Virus record (IMG/VR): IMGVR_UViG_3300044676_001711
Coordinates: 1 to 38,293 of that record
DNA length: 38,293 nt
Direction: 5' to 3' (one strand)
Origin: a virus
Taxonomy: Duplodnaviria; Caudoviricetes
Notes under the pieces: model-generated
The model's input: only the letters and a program-made list of their open reading frames with translations
What the model was told of the DNA's origin: nothing
Databases searched by the model: none
Shown here: positions 35,327 through 38,293 of the stretch, one piece after another
Layout: every line of letters begins with the position of its first letter
Position numbering within the stretch: position 1 is the stretch's first letter
Position numbers and translations under genes: made by a program

Positions 35327-35985
35327 CGCACGTTGCGTGCTCCTATACGCATGTCATTTGGCTGAGGGTCATTTGTAGCTAACCTAGCAAACCAATCAAC
35401 CGTCCAATAGTCATCGGTTTCTGAAGCATACTCTGGTGCGTGAGCGTACTTTCGCATTTGATTAGCTAAAGCCAACGCCATAACACGGTCGTCATACGGC
35501 GAACCCGACATGCCGCCACGGTCGTTGCGTACAAAAGTCCGCAACTCGGCCAACGTGTGACGGTCATAAATCGTTAGCTCAAAGTTTCGCAACGCAGAAG
35601 ACAAATCGTCAATCATCAACGGTTTCGACGTGCGAGTAGTTTTCCAGCCAAACTCTTGCCCAACAGTGTTCGTTATGCTGTTCAACTGGCGGCGACGGTA
35701 CATCTTTGGGTAACCTAAATGTCGCAACTCAGTGATCGTCGTCAACCCGTGGTTGTTAGACTCTACGCAGCACAAAGCATCCCTATACCACAGCCCGACT
35801 GCGTAAACCTCTTCAGCAAGCAAATCGGGGGCGATATGGCCGTGCCAAATAGCGCACTGCTCCCCAGTCCCCACGTCTAGCACTTGAATCACGCTGTAGT
35901 CGCCGTGACCCAACCCCTCAGCCGTATCTACGCCCATAACGTACGCATGATGCGGTTCTGGGTAGTGCCAAACCTCTAAACTCAT
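35302..35985 (-). CDS. Terminase large subunit, nuclease (RNase H-like) domain as a separate gene
   Basis: YVMGVDTAEG...GDYS, VESNNHG, YDDRVMALALA; ATG overlaps the ATPase TGA (ATGA). Confidence 0.85.
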   Translation of the reverse strand: MSLEVWHYPEPHHAYVMGVDTAEGLGHGDYSVIQVLDVGTGEQCAIWHGHIAPDLLAEEVYAVGLWYRDALCCVESNNHGLTTITELRHLGYPKMYRRRQLNSITNTVGQEFGWKTTRTSKPLMIDDLSSALRNFELTIYDRHTLAELRTFVRNDRGGMSGSPYDDRVMALALANQMRKYAHAPEYASETDDYWTVDWFARLATNDPQPNDMRIGARNVRGTRTSFY

Positions 35986-36872
35986 GCCGCTCGGAACTCC
36001 ACAACGTTGCCCAAACGCCACATATCGCCTTTATCGCCGTAACGCACCTGCGATTCCAACTGATCTAACACGTCCAAGTCAAAAACAGGGTTACCTGACT
36101 TTACAAACGCCTCTTCAGGCGTTGTCGGATACTCCTGAGCCAACTGCCACGGCAACATTGACTCACGTTTGTCCTGATACCACGCATCTCCACGGTCTTC
36201 AGTCGCAGACCACGGAAAAAACATAGGAGCAAACTTGTTTGTGCCCGCCGTAGCTCCCACCCAAAGCTGATGGTAAAAGTTTCCTGACCCGTTAGCAGTC
36301 GACAACCCGATGATTCGACCACCAATATCGGCAACAGGCTCAATCGACGCCCACGCATCCTCGGGATTCGGCAAGAACGCCCATTCATCTACCACAATAA
36401 GCGACGCAGACTCGCCACGGGCAGGGTCAGACGCAGACGGCATCGACGTAATCTGAGAACCATTATCAAAAGCCATGCGCTGCTGGTGCTCAACCAGCGA
36501 GCGTGGCCCTCTCTCCAACATCCACTCAGGCAAATGCTTCTGCCCATACTTGGTTTTCTTCAACAACAACACCGATTCACGCTCCGTCCGAGACAAATCA
36601 ATGATGTTCTGATCCGAATGAAAGTACGCCAACCAGAACTGATGTGCTGCCACCAGCGTTGACCAACCAATCTGACGTGCTTTCAACGTCAAACTGTACC
36701 GTTGGCTAGCCCACTCCTTCAACGCATGCCTCTGAGCATCACGCAACTCAAACAGAATACGACCCTGAGCAGGATGCGCTATGTGCCAATAGTTCTCTAA
36801 AAAATAGCGTTCATCTTTGACGCAACGCCGCCACTCAGCCTCACGCTTCAGTTCAGAAAACGAATACGACAC
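35982..36872 (-). CDS. Terminase large subunit, ATPase domain
   Basis: LRDAQ Q-motif, Walker A LKARQIGWST, Walker B LIVVDEWAF, LSTANG. Confidence 0.9.
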   Translation of the reverse strand: MSYSFSELKREAEWRRCVKDERYFLENYWHIAHPAQGRILFELRDAQRHALKEWASQRYSLTLKARQIGWSTLVAAHQFWLAYFHSDQNIIDLSRTERESVLLLKKTKYGQKHLPEWMLERGPRSLVEHQQRMAFDNGSQITSMPSASDPARGESASLIVVDEWAFLPNPEDAWASIEPVADIGGRIIGLSTANGSGNFYHQLWVGATAGTNKFAPMFFPWSATEDRGDAWYQDKRESMLPWQLAQEYPTTPEEAFVKSGNPVFDLDVLDQLESQVRYGDKGDMWRLGNVVEFRAA

Positions 36873-37156
36873 TACCTGTACCTGCGGTTCTTGCCATGCC
36901 CGTTACGGGCACGATTCGTAGACGAATTCTCTACGCTGTACGAACCATCCGCATTCTTAGACATGTCACGCCCCGTCACAGCACGACCCATCTTCTTCGC
37001 CTTATACCGAGCACGACCATGCTCACGACGATACTTTTTGCGATCCTCACGAGCGTTGTACCGCTTGTCGTACTCCAACTTATTTTTATACGACTCAGGA
37101 TTCTTGCGATAGTTCTTCGCAGATTTGCGAGGAGCAGAAGTTCGTGGAGAAGCCAT
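36872..37156 (-). CDS. Basic protein with degenerate HNH-like C-terminus
   Basis: Very K/R-rich; GRDMSK...ENSSTNRARNGHG. Confidence 0.65.
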   Translation of the reverse strand: MASPRTSAPRKSAKNYRKNPESYKNKLEYDKRYNAREDRKKYRREHGRARYKAKKMGRAVTGRDMSKNADGSYSVENSSTNRARNGHGKNRRYR

Positions 37157-37440
37157 TACCACTTCACCCTGTCAGCCCAGTAGGCAGCAGACATCTTGCC
37201 CTTGGAGATGTTCTTGCCGTGGCGTGCCTTGAACGACTTACGACGCGCTTTCTCAGCAGCCGTCTTCGGGCTTTTCCCCGCTCCAGACACGCCCTGCTGA
37301 CCGAAACGGATCGTCTTGATCTGATCGCCTTCTTTGGCGACTACAACGTGAGACTTCTTCGGATGATTTGGTGTGCGCTTTGGCTTGTTATAGCCAGACA
37401 CGCCTACACGCTTCAAGCGAGGATCAGGTTTCTTCGCCAT
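37156..37440 (-). CDS. Conserved basic phage protein (RFGQQG...RRKSFKARH...SAAYW)
   Basis: Motif recalled from widespread aquatic phage DUF proteins; ATG at 37440. Confidence 0.75.
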   Translation of the reverse strand: MAKKPDPRLKRVGVSGYNKPKRTPNHPKKSHVVVAKEGDQIKTIRFGQQGVSGAGKSPKTAAEKARRKSFKARHGKNISKGKMSAAYWADRVKW

Positions 37441-37441
37441 G

Positions 37442-37594
37442 CTAACGCTTCTTTCTAGTTTTCGCTGATTCCTTGAAAGCTTTTGCAGTCGGCGCACCCT
37501 TTGACCCAGGTTTCCTCATGCGCTCACCTGAACCAGCCTTAATGCGCTTACGTTTCGCATGAATGTTAGAATACAAACCTTTTTTTGCAGCCAT
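37442..37594 (-). CDS. Small basic phage protein (50 aa, not in track)
   Basis: MAAKKGLYSNIHAKRKRIKAGSGERMRKPGSKGAPTAKAFKESAKTRKKR*. Confidence 0.8.
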   Translation of the reverse strand: MAAKKGLYSNIHAKRKRIKAGSGERMRKPGSKGAPTAKAFKESAKTRKKR

Positions 37595-37749
37595 CACTGA
37601 CAACTTTCACACGACTCAGGGTTCTCCAAATCACACGACGCCTCAACAACCTCATCAGCGCCAACACCCCAATCAATATCCACAACCCCACGCTCACCCA
37701 GCAACTCGCCAGCCTCGTGAAGCTCCATCAACGTCTTCGGCTCACTCAA
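37594..37749 (-). CDS. 51-aa acidic peptide ending in an RNR-alpha-like tail (CDLENPESCESCQ), not in track
   Basis: TTG start after ggagg; TGATG coupling to next gene; fills the gap after TerS. Confidence 0.7.
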   Translation of the reverse strand: MSEPKTLMELHEAGELLGERGVVDIDWGVGADEVVEASCDLENPESCESCQ

Positions 37750-38188
37750 CACCCAAACCCTCCATCAACTGCGCCAACTCAGCAGACAACTCCGCATCCG
37801 ACAAACCAACCACATCACGGTCATCATCCACAACCAAACGACGCTTCGGCGTAAACTTCTCAATGTACTGCAAATACAAAGACGCAGCCTTCACGTCGCC
37901 CGCAACTGCCGCACGATGCAACGCATCCACAACGCCCTGAGTCCGCTCAGGGTGGACGTTCAGCTCAGCCGCCCTACGGTCCCACTCACGAATAAACCGA
38001 GGATCAGCCTTCCACCGCCGCACAGTCCGATCGTTATACCCATTCTCCTCAGCCCACGCCACCGACGTAGCAGGCACCCGACCCTCATCCAACAACCAAT
38101 CCAGATACTTCGCCCAATCAGTAGGCATTAGCAACTGGCCGGTGTCTGGGTCTGTTGTCCAGCCTTTGCCTCCTCCGTTTTGTGCCAT
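37742..38188 (-). CDS. Terminase small subunit (HTH type)
   Basis: WAEENGYNDRTVRRWKADPRF HTH, GDVKAASLYLQ; first late gene; caggaggt RBS. Confidence 0.75.
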   Translation of the reverse strand: MAQNGGGKGWTTDPDTGQLLMPTDWAKYLDWLLDEGRVPATSVAWAEENGYNDRTVRRWKADPRFIREWDRRAAELNVHPERTQGVVDALHRAAVAGDVKAASLYLQYIEKFTPKRRLVVDDDRDVVGLSDAELSAELAQLMEGLGVE

Positions 38189-38199
38189 GTGGTTTACCT

Positions 38200-38225
38200 C
38201 CTGTTAAAGGGTTTGTGTTGTCCCG
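38200..38225 (-). promoter_or_regulatory. Putative late promoter motif CGGGAC-N16-CAGG
   Basis: Directly upstream of TerS; a divergent TGGGAC at 38237-38242 on the + strand. Confidence 0.5.
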
Positions 38226-38253
38226 TTGTTGTGTTGTGGGACACTGTACCTAT

Positions 38254-38293
38254 ACTGTATACAGTGGGGGGAGGGGGGGCAGCGCCTCTCAGC
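38254..38293. repeat. Left arm of a G/C hairpin completed across the window junction (positions 1-11)
   Basis: actgtatacagt palindrome then ggggggaggggggg; the window starts cccctcccccc. Confidence 0.7.

Noticed and set aside
35982-36021. Programmed -1 frameshift or intron joining the terminase halves
   Set aside because: No clear slippery heptamer or intervening sequence; ATGA coupling is the simpler explanation, though a frameshift is not excluded
1-38293. tRNA or rRNA genes, integrase/att site, stop-codon recoding
   Set aside because: No cloverleaf or recombinase motifs recognised; genes read through normally in the standard code

Overview
The window looks like a complete, circularly permuted ~38.3-kb genome of a short-tailed (podovirus-type) dsDNA phage, most likely infecting an actinobacterium. 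Host clues are CGAAC-N4-GTTCG LexA boxes, an r1t-type holin, a PGRP-like amidase and an actinobacterial-style RNR tail motif. The + strand (541-13375) carries early and replication genes: many small ORFs, DUF932, GP88-like, DUF6378, HTH, Cas4/RecB-like exonuclease, DnaB-like helicase, AEP primase, RusA and a sigma-region-4-like protein. The - strand (38188 down to 13317) carries late genes: TerS, small basic proteins, a terminase split into ATPase and nuclease genes, portal, scaffold, capsid, adaptor, nozzle, tail fibres, three ejection proteins, endolysin and holin. I recognised no integrase, CI repressor, DNA polymerase, tRNA or CRISPR. The most unusual signals are non-coding or tiny. (1) A dense array of apparent host transcription-factor operators (3 LexA boxes, a Fur-family box, a LacI-like 24-bp palindrome) sits beside the likely genome end. 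(2) A 16-bp hairpin has a loop that is an anti-Shine-Dalgarno matching early-gene RBSs. (3) A 51-aa peptide mimics the redox-active C-terminal tail of ribonucleotide reductase. (4) A GGGAC-N14-17-TAGG motif recurs upstream of late genes. All family calls come from motif recognition by eye, not database searches.
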